Sequence record: SRR22947725_510
Strand: one strand, 5' to 3'
Length of the DNA: 45,264 nt
Positions 10,658 to 20,216 of this stretch are shown one piece after another. Position numbers and translations under genes: made by a program. A model generated the notes under the pieces. It worked only from the letters and a program-made list of their open reading frames with translations. It was not told the DNA's origin and ran no database searches. Every line of letters starts with the position of its first letter. The stretch's first letter is position 1.

Positions 10658-11954
10658 ATTTCCCAACACAAAATGAAGAAAAGACAGTGTTTAACACATC
10701 GTCTTTTGTTGTTTTATTTGTAATTTCATCTAAACAGAAAAGAGCTGCATTCAAGTCTTCAACAGCAAGCTCAAGCCCAGATGAGTTAAGTAGGGAGTTT
10801 TTAGCTGTTACTAGTTGTTTTTCAGTTGAAACCAAACATGACAACTGTCTTTGTGATGTTATAATAAATCCAAGATCGGAAAAGCCAGAAGAAACTCTTT
10901 TTAAAATAAGTTTTTTAAGTTTAGGTAAATTTTCACCAGTAAGAGCAGAAATAGATATATCATAATCTTTTCCATCCCAACCAAGATCCTTTTTATTGTG
11001 CACATATATAACGTTGTCGTTTTCAGAAGACAAGACAGAGCCCGGTGCTCCTAAATATAAAACAAGATCCGCAGACAAAATTTCTTCATTGCTTTTTCTC
11101 ACCCCAATTTTTTCAATAACATCTTTCGTTTTTCTGATTCCAGCAGTATCCTTCAAAACAAAGGGCACACCGTCGATATTAATAGTGTTTTCTAATACAT
11201 CTCTTGTTGTTCCTTCAACCTCACTAACAATGGCCCTGTCTTTTTTTAACAATGCATTAAATAGTGTGGATTTGCCCGCGTTTGTTGGGCCGGCAAGAAC
11301 AACCGTAGCTCCCGCAGTTAAAACGTTAACAGCATTAAAGCCCTCTATTGCAGAGCTTAGAGTGTTAACACAACTGTTTATAGTTTTTAAAGAATTTGAT
11401 ATGAGGTTTGGTTGAAGGTTTTCTTCAGATATGTCTAAATTAAATTCAATCTGACCAATTACTAAAATAATTTTATTTTTTATATTTAAAATGTTTTCAA
11501 GTAAAGAGCCGTTAAGATTTTTATAGCTTAATTTTGCGCCTAAAATAGATTTTGAAGAAATAAGGGACGCCACAGATTCTGCCTGTGACATATCCATTTT
11601 CCCGTTTAGGTAGGCTCTTTTAGTAAACTCTCCCCCCGGAGCAGTTGTTGCGCCATAAGAACAGCAGAGAGCAATAGTTTTTTCAATAATAACAGGATTT
11701 CCATGAAGGTTAATTTCGACAAGATCTTCGCCGGTATATGTGTTCGGAGCAAAAAGAAAATTTACCACAGCCTGGTCGTAAACAACTCCATCTACGTCAA
11801 TAAGAGAAAAAAGAGAAGGGGAATTATGTTTATTTATCCTTGTTGGTTTTTTTATTAAAAGAGAGGTTATTTTGTGTGACTGATTTCCAGTAATGCGCAC
11901 GACAGCAATACCACTAGAACCAAAGGGCGTTGAACACGCAACCACGGTGCCCAT
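10656..11954 (-). CDS. mnmE: tRNA modification GTPase MnmE (TrmE)
   Basis: TYTGEDLVEINLHG, GEFTKRAYLNGK, GPTNAGKS, GTTRD, DTAG, NKKD and C-terminal FCVGK motifs. Confidence 0.97.
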   Translation of the reverse strand: MGTVVACSTPFGSSGIAVVRITGNQSHKITSLLIKKPTRINKHNSPSLFSLIDVDGVVYDQAVVNFLFAPNTYTGEDLVEINLHGNPVIIEKTIALCCSYGATTAPGGEFTKRAYLNGKMDMSQAESVASLISSKSILGAKLSYKNLNGSLLENILNIKNKIILVIGQIEFNLDISEENLQPNLISNSLKTINSCVNTLSSAIEGFNAVNVLTAGATVVLAGPTNAGKSTLFNALLKKDRAIVSEVEGTTRDVLENTINIDGVPFVLKDTAGIRKTKDVIEKIGVRKSNEEILSADLVLYLGAPGSVLSSENDNVIYVHNKKDLGWDGKDYDISISALTGENLPKLKKLILKRVSSGFSDLGFIITSQRQLSCLVSTEKQLVTAKNSLLNSSGLELAVEDLNAALFCLDEITNKTTKDDVLNTVFSSFCVGK

Positions 11955-11963
11955 GTTATTTAG

Positions 11964-11981
11964 GCGGGGAAACTACCCCGC
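11964..11981 (-). terminator. GC-rich hairpin between yidC and mnmE (weak terminator or RNA-stabilising stem)
   Basis: GCGGGG-AAACTA-CCCCGC immediately after the yidC stop; no U-tract follows on the minus strand. Confidence 0.4.
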
Positions 11982-13640
11982 TCAATCCTCTTTGTTAATT
12001 ATTTTTTGTTGAGCTATTTGCATTACATTAAAACATAAATAATAAAGATTTAGACCCGACGGAAAACTATAAAAAAGAAAAAACATCATTCCAGGAAACA
12101 TATATTTCATCATCTTTTGTGTGGCTTCTTGTGCGGGGTCACCGCCAGAGGGTTGGTTAGCCATACCCGCCTGCATTGTATAATACATGGACGCTGACAT
12201 TAAAAAGGGTAGCACGTTAAAAGGTATTTCCCCGATAAAAAACAGGGTGTCTGCCGCGGAAAGGTCGCTAATCCAAAAAACAAAAGATTCACCGCGAAAC
12301 TCAATAGTGTTTCTAAACACCATAAAAACGGACATCAAGACAGGCATTTGTATTAACATTGGCAAACAGCCAGCAAGGGGGTTTATTTTGTTTTCTTGAA
12401 ATAGGGCAGCAATTTTTTGCTGCTGGACGGTTGGGTTGTTTTTATATTTATTTTTAATATCATTTAGTAGAGGGTTTATTTCCTGCATTTTTTTAGAAGA
12501 CCTCAATTGTTTGGCCATCAAAGGATATGTGACAGTTTTGATTAGTATCGCAAACAAAATCACCACAACACCATAGTTTGGTATTAGGCTATACATAAAG
12601 ATCATAATACTATAAACCAACCAGGAAACAGAAGAAAGCCACTGCCAACCCAATATTTTTTCTTCAATACCAACACCCAGGTTGCTGATTTCTCCATATT
12701 CTAGGGGGCCAAAATACAAAGTTGTTTCTTCAAAATTTATATTTTGGTTTGTTATAATGTCGACAGCAATTCTGTCTCCAGAAGAATATTTTGCAATTTC
12801 AACAAAGTCGGTTTTTTGCGGAACAAAAAAGACACCAAAGTATTTTGTTCTATAGCCCGCAAAATCAGCAGGGCCGGTATATTGTTTTGAAGAGCGCTCT
12901 ATTGTACCAGACGAAGACCCAAAAAGGCCGGTAGACCCAGCCTTAAACGACTCTATGTCGCCGCCCTGTCCCACAAGACCCTCAAGAAACATACCATCTT
13001 GGGTAGGCTCTGTAAGGGGAAGTCCCCCAACCCAATCAAGTCTAAAATTTCCATCCAAAACATCATCCTTAATACCCCTTAGGTTTGTATTAACAACGAC
13101 CTCATAACTATTATAGAAAAAAGTTAGATCTTTTTGAACAAAACCTTCACCCACCTGCAATACATAAGAAAGAGTTTCTGTTGGGTTGTCCTTGTTAAGA
13201 ATAACAGAGTTTTTACCCTCAACAAACCAGGGTTTTGATTCAGACCAAAAGTCGTCTAGAAAAACTTCCTCACCGGATTGGTTTATATAAGAAACAAGAA
13301 GATTGTTTTTGTTTTCTTCGTCAATTAAATCTAGAAAACCTTCACCATCTTTAAGGTGTTTTGTAACCAAAAAAGAGCTAAGAGAACCACCGTTTTTATT
13401 GCTAATTCCGGCAGTAAAAAGCGGGGTTTCTACAGTATAAACCCTTTTTAAAAGGTCTGAAGATTCCGGGGGGTTAACATAAGAAGCGGCCGGGCTCTTT
13501 TCCGTCTCCTGAAAGGCGTTCTCAACAGGAGAAACGCTTTCTGTTTCCTGGGGTTCAGGCGAAATAAAATCAAGATATGTTGGCCAAAATAAAAGGATTG
13601 CCCCGATTAAAATAAAACCAATGAGCGTTTTTTGATCCAT
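11982..13640 (-). CDS. yidC: Membrane protein insertase YidC
   Basis: N-terminal TM, large periplasmic domain, NYGVVVILFAILIK, NPLAGCLPMLIQMP, WISDLS and PSGLNLY motifs. Confidence 0.96.
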   Translation of the reverse strand: MDQKTLIGFILIGAILLFWPTYLDFISPEPQETESVSPVENAFQETEKSPAASYVNPPESSDLLKRVYTVETPLFTAGISNKNGGSLSSFLVTKHLKDGEGFLDLIDEENKNNLLVSYINQSGEEVFLDDFWSESKPWFVEGKNSVILNKDNPTETLSYVLQVGEGFVQKDLTFFYNSYEVVVNTNLRGIKDDVLDGNFRLDWVGGLPLTEPTQDGMFLEGLVGQGGDIESFKAGSTGLFGSSSGTIERSSKQYTGPADFAGYRTKYFGVFFVPQKTDFVEIAKYSSGDRIAVDIITNQNINFEETTLYFGPLEYGEISNLGVGIEEKILGWQWLSSVSWLVYSIMIFMYSLIPNYGVVVILFAILIKTVTYPLMAKQLRSSKKMQEINPLLNDIKNKYKNNPTVQQQKIAALFQENKINPLAGCLPMLIQMPVLMSVFMVFRNTIEFRGESFVFWISDLSAADTLFFIGEIPFNVLPFLMSASMYYTMQAGMANQPSGGDPAQEATQKMMKYMFPGMMFFLFYSFPSGLNLYYLCFNVMQIAQQKIINKED

Positions 13641-13641
13641 A

Positions 13642-13782
13642 CTACGAAGAAACAGTTAGTTTTTTACGACCCTTTTTTCTTCTCGCGGCCAATACTTTTT
13701 TTCCACCCACGTTAGAGTTTCTTTCCATAAAGCCGTGCTTGTTTTTTCTTTTCCTATTACTAGGTTGGTATGTTCTTTTCAT
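13642..13782 (-). CDS. rpmH: 50S ribosomal protein L34
   Basis: Below the ORF-track cutoff. Manual translation: [46 protein letters not shown]. Divergent from dnaA. Confidence 0.97.
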   Translation of the reverse strand: MKRTYQPSNRKRKNKHGFMERNSNVGGKKVLAARRKKGRKKLTVSS

Positions 13783-13923
13783 AATGCTTTGTTGCCGAAA
13801 TATAGCCCAATATTATTGTTTGTGAAACAATAAAAACTATCTTAAAAAAGAAGAAAGAGAAAGAAAAGTTCTGGTTATAGGTAAAAAAGAATGTTAATCT
13901 AGTGGAATACAATTTATTTTTTT

Positions 13924-13943
13924 TGTTAACAACTTGTGGATAA
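13924..13943. promoter_or_regulatory. DnaA box(es) directly upstream of dnaA (autoregulation)
   Basis: Perfect TGTGGATAA at 13935-13943, 2 bp before the ATG, preceded by a degenerate TGTTAACAA at 13924-13932. Confidence 0.75.
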
Positions 13944-13945
13944 CT

Positions 13946-15286
13946 ATGGACTATAAAAAAATTTGGAATAAAACAAAAAAAGATCTCAAGGGAGTTTTGC
14001 CGGAGCATGGATATGAAGCTTGGATTGAAACATTGTCTCCTGTTGGCGCAACAAATAACATATTTATATTAGAAGCTCCAAACCAATTTGCTCACGACTG
14101 GATTATTAATAACTATCAAGACCTAATTGTTTCGTCGCTAAGGGAGCATGAAGGGGGTTTAGATTTAAGGGTTGCCATTGCCCCACAATCACAGCAGAAC
14201 GTGGTAGCAACCAGCCTGGCAAACAGTGAGCCCATCAAGCAAAGCAACGCAGGAAGAAGGCACAATATTAACGCAGGAAACACCTTTGATTCTTTTATAG
14301 AAGGACCAAACAGTATTTTTGCAAAAAACGCAGCCCTAAATGTTTCTAAAAATCCTGGGTCTAGTGACTTTAACCCGCTTATTATATATGGGGGGGTCGG
14401 GTTGGGGAAAACCCACCTACTTCACTCAATCGCAAACACGCTTATTAGGGGAAAAAAACAACTTAATGTTGTTTTGGCATCATCAGAAAAATTTACAAAC
14501 GACTTTATTGCCAGTATCCAAGAAAATAGATCAATGGACTTCTCAAAGGTTTATAGAAAGGCAGACGTTCTGCTTATAGACGACATACAATTTTTCCAGG
14601 GCAAAGAACAAACACAGGAACAGTTTTTTCACACCTTTAACGACCTTTTTACGGCGGGAAAACAGATTGTTATGACAGCAGATAGATATCCGGGCGAAAT
14701 GGTTGGCCTTCAGGACAGGCTTCTTTCTAGATTTGAGTCAGGTCTTCATGCAGATATTCAACCACCAGACTTTGAAACGAGGGTGGCGATACTGTCAAAA
14801 AAAGCACAACAAAATAATATAAAAATTTCCAGCGTTTTTTTAGAAAAGATAGCATCGCACGTTAGAACAAACATTAGAGACCTTGAAAGCTGTGTAACCA
14901 AAATTTTTGCACACGCAACATTTTCTGGAGAAGAAATCAGTGAGGCGCTAGTAGAGTCAATTATCAGAGAAAGGCTTGGAGATCAAGGGTATGGACAAGC
15001 AACAATGCAAGACGTAATTAGCGGGGTTTGTAGTATTTTTGCAGTAAGCCAAGAAGAAATTGTTGGTCAATCCAGAAGAAAAAATATAGCAGAAGCAAGG
15101 CAGGTGGCCGCATACCTGGCTAGAGAGGTGTTAGATATGCCCCTAAACGCAATAGGGCTGCACCTTGGAGGAAGAGACCATACAACAGTTATGCATTCTC
15201 ATAAAAAAGTTACAGAACTCCTAAAAAAGGACGATAAATTTAAAAGACGTGTAGATATTATATATAATGAGTTAAATTTAAACTAG
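13946..15286 (+). CDS. dnaA: Chromosomal replication initiator DnaA
   Basis: FNPLIIYGGVGLGKTHL, LLIDDIQF, QEQFFHTFN, RLLSRF and GGRDHTTV motifs. Start placed at ATG 13946. Confidence 0.98.
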   Translation: MDYKKIWNKTKKDLKGVLPEHGYEAWIETLSPVGATNNIFILEAPNQFAHDWIINNYQDLIVSSLREHEGGLDLRVAIAPQSQQNVVATSLANSEPIKQSNAGRRHNINAGNTFDSFIEGPNSIFAKNAALNVSKNPGSSDFNPLIIYGGVGLGKTHLLHSIANTLIRGKKQLNVVLASSEKFTNDFIASIQENRSMDFSKVYRKADVLLIDDIQFFQGKEQTQEQFFHTFNDLFTAGKQIVMTADRYPGEMVGLQDRLLSRFESGLHADIQPPDFETRVAILSKKAQQNNIKISSVFLEKIASHVRTNIRDLESCVTKIFAHATFSGEEISEALVESIIRERLGDQGYGQATMQDVISGVCSIFAVSQEEIVGQSRRKNIAEARQVAAYLAREVLDMPLNAIGLHLGGRDHTTVMHSHKKVTELLKKDDKFKRRVDIIYNELNLN

Positions 15287-15306
15287 AATATTATAAAGGA
15301 ACAAAA

Positions 15307-15753
15307 ATGGCAAAAGGAACAGTAAACAAAGTAACACTAATTGGAAGATTGGGACAAGACCCAGAAATTAGATTTTCTGGTGACGGAAAAGCAATAGCTT
15401 CGTTTAGCGTAGCAACCAACGAAAGTTGGAAAAACAAAAACGGAGAAATCCAAGAAAGAACAGAGTGGACAAAGTGCACGGCGTTTGGTGGAACAGCAGA
15501 AAAATATATCCAACCATACGTTAAAAAGGGAAGTTTAGTTTACATTGAGGGTTCTTTAAAGACAGATAAGTGGCAAGATAAAGACGGAAACGACAAATAT
15601 TCAACGGGAGTGGTTTTAAATAATTTTGGTGGAATACAAATTTTAGGAGGCGGAGAAGGTGGGGGCTATGAAAGAGCCGGAGGTATGGATCAAACACCGA
15701 AAACCTCAGAAGAAAATACGAGCCAAGTTACAGAAGACGACCTTCCTTTCTAG
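15307..15753 (+). CDS. ssb: Single-stranded DNA-binding protein
   Basis: VNKVTLIGRLGQDPE, ERTEW, acidic tail DDLPF; AAGGA RBS. Confidence 0.97.
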   Translation: MAKGTVNKVTLIGRLGQDPEIRFSGDGKAIASFSVATNESWKNKNGEIQERTEWTKCTAFGGTAEKYIQPYVKKGSLVYIEGSLKTDKWQDKDGNDKYSTGVVLNNFGGIQILGGGEGGGYERAGGMDQTPKTSEENTSQVTEDDLPF

Positions 15754-15762
15754 TTTTTAAGC

Positions 15763-16389
15763 GTGAAAACATCAAAACCGAGAAGCCGAACAACTAGAAC
15801 TGTTTTAAGTTATATTTCGGCATTCCTTTGTTTTTTTCTTGTTAAAATGAACGTGTCTGGCAAAGAGAACTTGCCTAAAAACGGCCCATACATCTTAGCA
15901 CCAAACCATATTGACAACATAGACCCATTTCCTCTTTCAGCGGCAATGAAAAAACCAATTACCTACTTAATGGCGGAAGATCAAAACCCTCTAAAATGGT
16001 ACGAGGCATGGGCCCCAACCTCTTATGGGGTTCTTTTAGTAAATAGAAAAAAAATACAGCTATCAACAATAAAGTCCCTACACAAACAAATTAAAAAAAA
16101 TGAAATTGTGTGCATTTTTCCTGAAGGCACAGCGCTAAGCACGAAATTAAAAGAAGGAAAGAATGGAGCTTCATTCTTTGCGGTGCGCCACGAAATACCA
16201 ATAATTCCAGTCGCAATTTTTGGAACAGAAAAAGTGCTCCCCGCACTAAAAAGGTTTAAAAGAACAAATATTAACATTACTTTTGGTAAACCAATATTTA
16301 CTAGAGGCGAGGACAAGAAAAAACTTTCCGAGCTGACAAAAAAAACAATGAACGCAATTAGAAAAATGTTGCCCGAAGAGTATTGTTAA
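15763..16389 (+). CDS. plsC: 1-acyl-sn-glycerol-3-phosphate acyltransferase (PlsC family)
   Basis: NHxxxxD (NHIDNID), IFPEGT and PIIPVAIFG motifs. Confidence 0.85.
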   Translation: MKTSKPRSRTTRTVLSYISAFLCFFLVKMNVSGKENLPKNGPYILAPNHIDNIDPFPLSAAMKKPITYLMAEDQNPLKWYEAWAPTSYGVLLVNRKKIQLSTIKSLHKQIKKNEIVCIFPEGTALSTKLKEGKNGASFFAVRHEIPIIPVAIFGTEKVLPALKRFKRTNINITFGKPIFTRGEDKKKLSELTKKTMNAIRKMLPEEYC

Positions 16390-16402
16390 GAAGGAGAAAA
16401 AA

Positions 16403-16759
16403 ATGATTTATAACTTAGAAATATCAGCAAACCTAGCTTTTGACCTACTACGAATTTTATTGGCCGTTTCGCTTTTTTTTGTTTGGGTTGTTAGGTACGA
16501 CAATATCATAAAAGAATTTAGAGATGACTATGATTTACCGGATTGGCTTCGAGACTTAGTGGGAATAATTAAACTATCATGTGCGGGTATGATATTAACC
16601 AACGATACACAGCTACAAATAGTTGCACTGATGTCAATAGCCTTTTTAATGTGTGCTGCTGTTGCAACCCACATAAGAGTTAAAAATCCTCCACACAAAA
16701 TGCTACCCGCCACAACACTACTGCTGGTTTGTTTGGCTATGTTGTTTTTAGTTTTTTAA
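16403..16759 (+). CDS. DoxX-like small membrane protein
   Basis: Four hydrophobic segments, EFRDDYDLPDW and MCAAVATHIRVK pattern; AAGGAG RBS. Confidence 0.65.
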   Translation: MIYNLEISANLAFDLLRILLAVSLFFVWVVRYDNIIKEFRDDYDLPDWLRDLVGIIKLSCAGMILTNDTQLQIVALMSIAFLMCAAVATHIRVKNPPHKMLPATTLLLVCLAMLFLVF

Positions 16760-17757
16760 TTGTTAAGAAAAACAACCTTACCCAAAACTTTTCGTTTTGC
16801 TATATCTTCAATAGAAGAAACCGCGTCCTTCATGGGAACGGTTTTAGATATAAAGGGATTAATTTTACCCTCAGCTAATAAAGCCCCTATTTTCTTTAGG
16901 TTTTTAGCGTGAACAACGGGCTCTTCTTTTTGAAAGCGCCCAATAAATACACCCGAAACAGCGCAACCCTTTAAGAGCATCAAATTAGCTGGAAAGGATG
17001 GAATTTTTCCTGCAGCAAAACCCACCACCAAGTATGTTCCTTTCCAACCAATAGATCTTAGAGCTGGCTCTGAAAAACAATCGCCCACCGGATCATAAAT
17101 AATTGAATACCCACCTTTTTTACTTTTAGATTTTAATTCTCTCGTAAAAGCCATCTGGTCTTCTTTATCTAGTTTTTCACGTCCATATACAACAACGTCA
17201 TCAGCCCCATACCTAACACAAACCTCAGCTTTTTCTTTATTAGAGACGGCCGCCACAACGCGCGCGCCATATGCTTTAGCTATATCTACCGCAGCTAAAC
17301 CAACACCCCCGGCAGCGCCCAACACTAACACCTCATCCTTTTCGCTAATATTTGCTCTTTGTAACAGGGCGTGTAAGCTTGTGCCATAAACCATAAAAAC
17401 CCCCGCAGCAATATGATGAGGAAAAGACCGCGGAATAGGAAATGCAAACATTTCATGTATTACAATCTTTTCTGCAAAAGCCCCAAAACCCTTAAAAAAA
17501 ACTACATTGTCACCAACTTTTAAAGAAGAAACATTTTTCCCGACAGAGCTAACAGTCCCAGCCCCCTCATGTCCCGGGGAAAAGGGTAGGTTAGGTTTAA
17601 ACTGATATAGACCTTGAACAATTAAGTTGTCGGGATAGTTAAGGCCAGCTGCTTTTATATCAACAACTATTTCGTTAGGACCAGCAACAGGATCTGCGGT
17701 TTCCTCCCAAGATAGATTAGATACAGGACCAAACTCTTTACATAATAGCGCTTTCAT
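16756..17757 (-). CDS. NADPH:quinone oxidoreductase (MDR / zeta-crystallin family)
   Basis: AAGLNYPD, PFSPGHEGAG, GAAGGVG, VVGFAAG and GKVV motifs; co-directional with purH. Confidence 0.9.
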   Translation of the reverse strand: MKALLCKEFGPVSNLSWEETADPVAGPNEIVVDIKAAGLNYPDNLIVQGLYQFKPNLPFSPGHEGAGTVSSVGKNVSSLKVGDNVVFFKGFGAFAEKIVIHEMFAFPIPRSFPHHIAAGVFMVYGTSLHALLQRANISEKDEVLVLGAAGGVGLAAVDIAKAYGARVVAAVSNKEKAEVCVRYGADDVVVYGREKLDKEDQMAFTRELKSKSKKGGYSIIYDPVGDCFSEPALRSIGWKGTYLVVGFAAGKIPSFPANLMLLKGCAVSGVFIGRFQKEEPVVHAKNLKKIGALLAEGKINPFISKTVPMKDAVSSIEDIAKRKVLGKVVFLNN

Positions 17758-17768
17758 ACAACTCCTTT

Positions 17769-19259
17769 TTAGTGTTTAAAAACTCTCGTACCTGTAAAAA
17801 CCATTGAAATTTTATATTCATTGCAGGCGTCTATAACTTCACCGTCTTTAATTGAGCCGCCCGGCTGTATAATAGACTTTATTTTATATTTTTTCATCAA
17901 ATCGACAGAATCTCTAAATGGAAAAAAGGCATCAGATGCAAGAACGGCCCCAGAGGGAACCCGCACTTTTGTTAGTGCATATTTTACAGCATCAACCCTG
18001 CTTGTTTGCCCCCCAGAAATGCTAATTATTTTTTTATTATGCGCAACAACAATAGCGTTTGACTTTGCATGTTTCACCGCCTTCCACGCAAGGTCAAGAG
18101 TTATAAGTTCGGACTTTGTTGGTATTTTTTTGGTAACAGTTTTTAACGTTGAGACATCTACCGTTGAAAGGTCTGTGTCTTGAACTACCCACCCACCAGC
18201 AATCTCTTTTCCAAGATTTTTTTTGGGCTTGTATTTCCCCATTGAAAGCACACGAAGATTTTTCTTTTTTGCAAAAATAGACAATGCACCACTGTCAAAG
18301 CTTGGTGCAATAATTATTTCAAAAAAAATCTTATTTAATTCTTTTGCTGTAGCCACATCACACCTTTTATTCATTGCAATGACCCCACCAAAAGCCGAAA
18401 GAGGGTCTACTTTTAGTGCGTTAACAAATGCCAATTTTGATGTTTTGGCAGAACCAATGCCGCACGGCGACCCATGTTTTACAATAACACAGGAAGGTTC
18501 TTCAAATTCATGAAGACATAAAAGCGCCGCTTCACCATCTAAGAAGTTATTATAGGACATTTCCTTGCCCTGAATCTGTTTTGCTTGTGGCAGACCAAAA
18601 GAGCCATGTTTATCATTTAAAACAAAAGCTTTTTGGTGTGGATTCTCACCATATCGTAAATGTACAGCAGAGCTTTGAAGCTCTGTAGAAATGGCACGAT
18701 CATAAGAAGCACAATGATCAAAAGCTTTTCCTGCCAGAGAAAGGCGTTTACTTTCATTTATGCCACCACCCCTAATTGAATTTTGTATACTTTTATAATC
18801 TCTGGGATCAATGATAACCGTCACCCATTTATTGTTTTTAGCGGCCGCCCTGATCATGGTTGGCCCACCAATATCAATATTTTCTATTTTTTCTGACATC
18901 GTAGATTCTGGATTTTTAGCGACCTTTTGAAATGGGTATAGATTACAAACAACCATATCAATCCACAAAATTTTGTTTGTTTTTGCTTCTTGCTGGTCCC
19001 TGTCTCTTTTTCCTAAAATACCACCAGCAATATTTGGATGAATCGACTTCACGCGCCCATCAAATATTTCTGGAAACCTGGTTAATGATGAAACAGACCT
19101 AACTTTCACCCCATTTTGTTTTAATATTTTTGCTGTTCCTCCTGTAGCTATAATTTTAACACATTGCTTTTGTAGAAACCGAGCAAACGGAACGATACCA
19201 GTCTTGTCTGAAACGGAAAGCAGGACCGTTTTTGGAATAATTTTATTTGATAAACCCAT
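17769..19259 (-). CDS. purH: Bifunctional AICAR transformylase / IMP cyclohydrolase
   Basis: SVSDKTG, GRVKSIHP, ENIDIGGP, RYGENPHQ, SDAFFPF and QPGGS motifs. Confidence 0.97.
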   Translation of the reverse strand: MGLSNKIIPKTVLLSVSDKTGIVPFARFLQKQCVKIIATGGTAKILKQNGVKVRSVSSLTRFPEIFDGRVKSIHPNIAGGILGKRDRDQQEAKTNKILWIDMVVCNLYPFQKVAKNPESTMSEKIENIDIGGPTMIRAAAKNNKWVTVIIDPRDYKSIQNSIRGGGINESKRLSLAGKAFDHCASYDRAISTELQSSAVHLRYGENPHQKAFVLNDKHGSFGLPQAKQIQGKEMSYNNFLDGEAALLCLHEFEEPSCVIVKHGSPCGIGSAKTSKLAFVNALKVDPLSAFGGVIAMNKRCDVATAKELNKIFFEIIIAPSFDSGALSIFAKKKNLRVLSMGKYKPKKNLGKEIAGGWVVQDTDLSTVDVSTLKTVTKKIPTKSELITLDLAWKAVKHAKSNAIVVAHNKKIISISGGQTSRVDAVKYALTKVRVPSGAVLASDAFFPFRDSVDLMKKYKIKSIIQPGGSIKDGEVIDACNEYKISMVFTGTRVFKH

Positions 19260-19648
19260 TATAGTTCTGGAAGTTCGGGGCCCTTTTTATTTACCAGTTT
19301 ATCTCTATAGGCAAGAGCCACAAGAGCCAGCGATAAAAGAGCAATAGATGCTGACAAATATAGAGAATCTAACCCCTCAACAGTGTCAAAAGAAATATGT
19401 CTCGCCAAAGCAAACATCCCAATGTATAAAGGATATCTTACCGGAATTTTTCCCGTTGAAAAGAAGATGTTTACCATTTGCATAATTTCAAGATATATAA
19501 AAAGCATCAATACGTTTTGAACCTTTATAACCCCAGAAGAAATAGCATAGTTAATTTCATATCCACAAAGAAATAACACCATTGCCAAAATAACAAGGTG
19601 TAACGCTTTTTCTACCAAAGAAGTTAATTGATATATTATATTATTCAT
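19259..19648 (-). CDS. PsiE-family (phosphate-starvation-inducible E) membrane protein
   Basis: Four TM helices with the LMLFIYLEI...GKIPVRYPLYIGMFALAR signature. Confidence 0.8.
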   Translation of the reverse strand: MNNIIYQLTSLVEKALHLVILAMVLFLCGYEINYAISSGVIKVQNVLMLFIYLEIMQMVNIFFSTGKIPVRYPLYIGMFALARHISFDTVEGLDSLYLSASIALLSLALVALAYRDKLVNKKGPELPEL

Positions 19649-20216
19649 TTTTACCCCACGATTTAATTGATTCTATAAATGCTTCACCCTCAAGCTGCTG
19701 AACCCGCACTTTTAGGCTTTCAACAGTGTCGTTTTCTAAAACGCTACATTTTTTTTGCACCAAAATTGGGCCTTTATCTACCTCAGAAGTAACCAAGTGA
19801 ATTGTGCACCCGGTTTCTTTGTCTTTATTTTTTAAGACAGCCTCATGAACATCTTTGTTCATCCCCCCGGCATATTTTGGCAATAAAGACGGATGAACGT
19901 TTAATATTTTTTTGTTCCACTTTTTAATAAAGGGCGTTGATAATATTCTCATAAAGCCAACAAGCAAAACCAAATCTACCTCTTTTTCAAGCAACTTATT
20001 ACTGATTTGTTGATCAAACTCTTCCCTGTGCCTGTTTTTGTGCTCAATAATTGAAAAATCAACCCCATACTTTTTTGCTTTATCAAGTATAAGGGCACTC
20101 CTATTATTAGTAATAATAATTTCAATTGAGGCATCCAACTTTCCAGAAAGAATAGCTTCTGCAATAGGAACTACGTCGCTTCCGTTTGTTGAGCCCAATA
20201 TGCCAATTTTAATCAT
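19641..20216 (-). CDS. purN: Phosphoribosylglycinamide formyltransferase
   Basis: LVGFMRIL, NVHPSLLP, TGCTIHLV and DKGPI motifs. Confidence 0.95.
   Translation of the reverse strand: MIKIGILGSTNGSDVVPIAEAILSGKLDASIEIIITNNRSALILDKAKKYGVDFSIIEHKNRHREEFDQQISNKLLEKEVDLVLLVGFMRILSTPFIKKWNKKILNVHPSLLPKYAGGMNKDVHEAVLKNKDKETGCTIHLVTSEVDKGPILVQKKCSVLENDTVESLKVRVQQLEGEAFIESIKSWGKNE

Noticed and set aside
13783-13945. rpmH-dnaA intergenic region as the main oriC
   Set aside because: It has only one perfect and one weak DnaA box and no trio/DUE module; 7146-7475 fits better. A bipartite contribution cannot be excluded.
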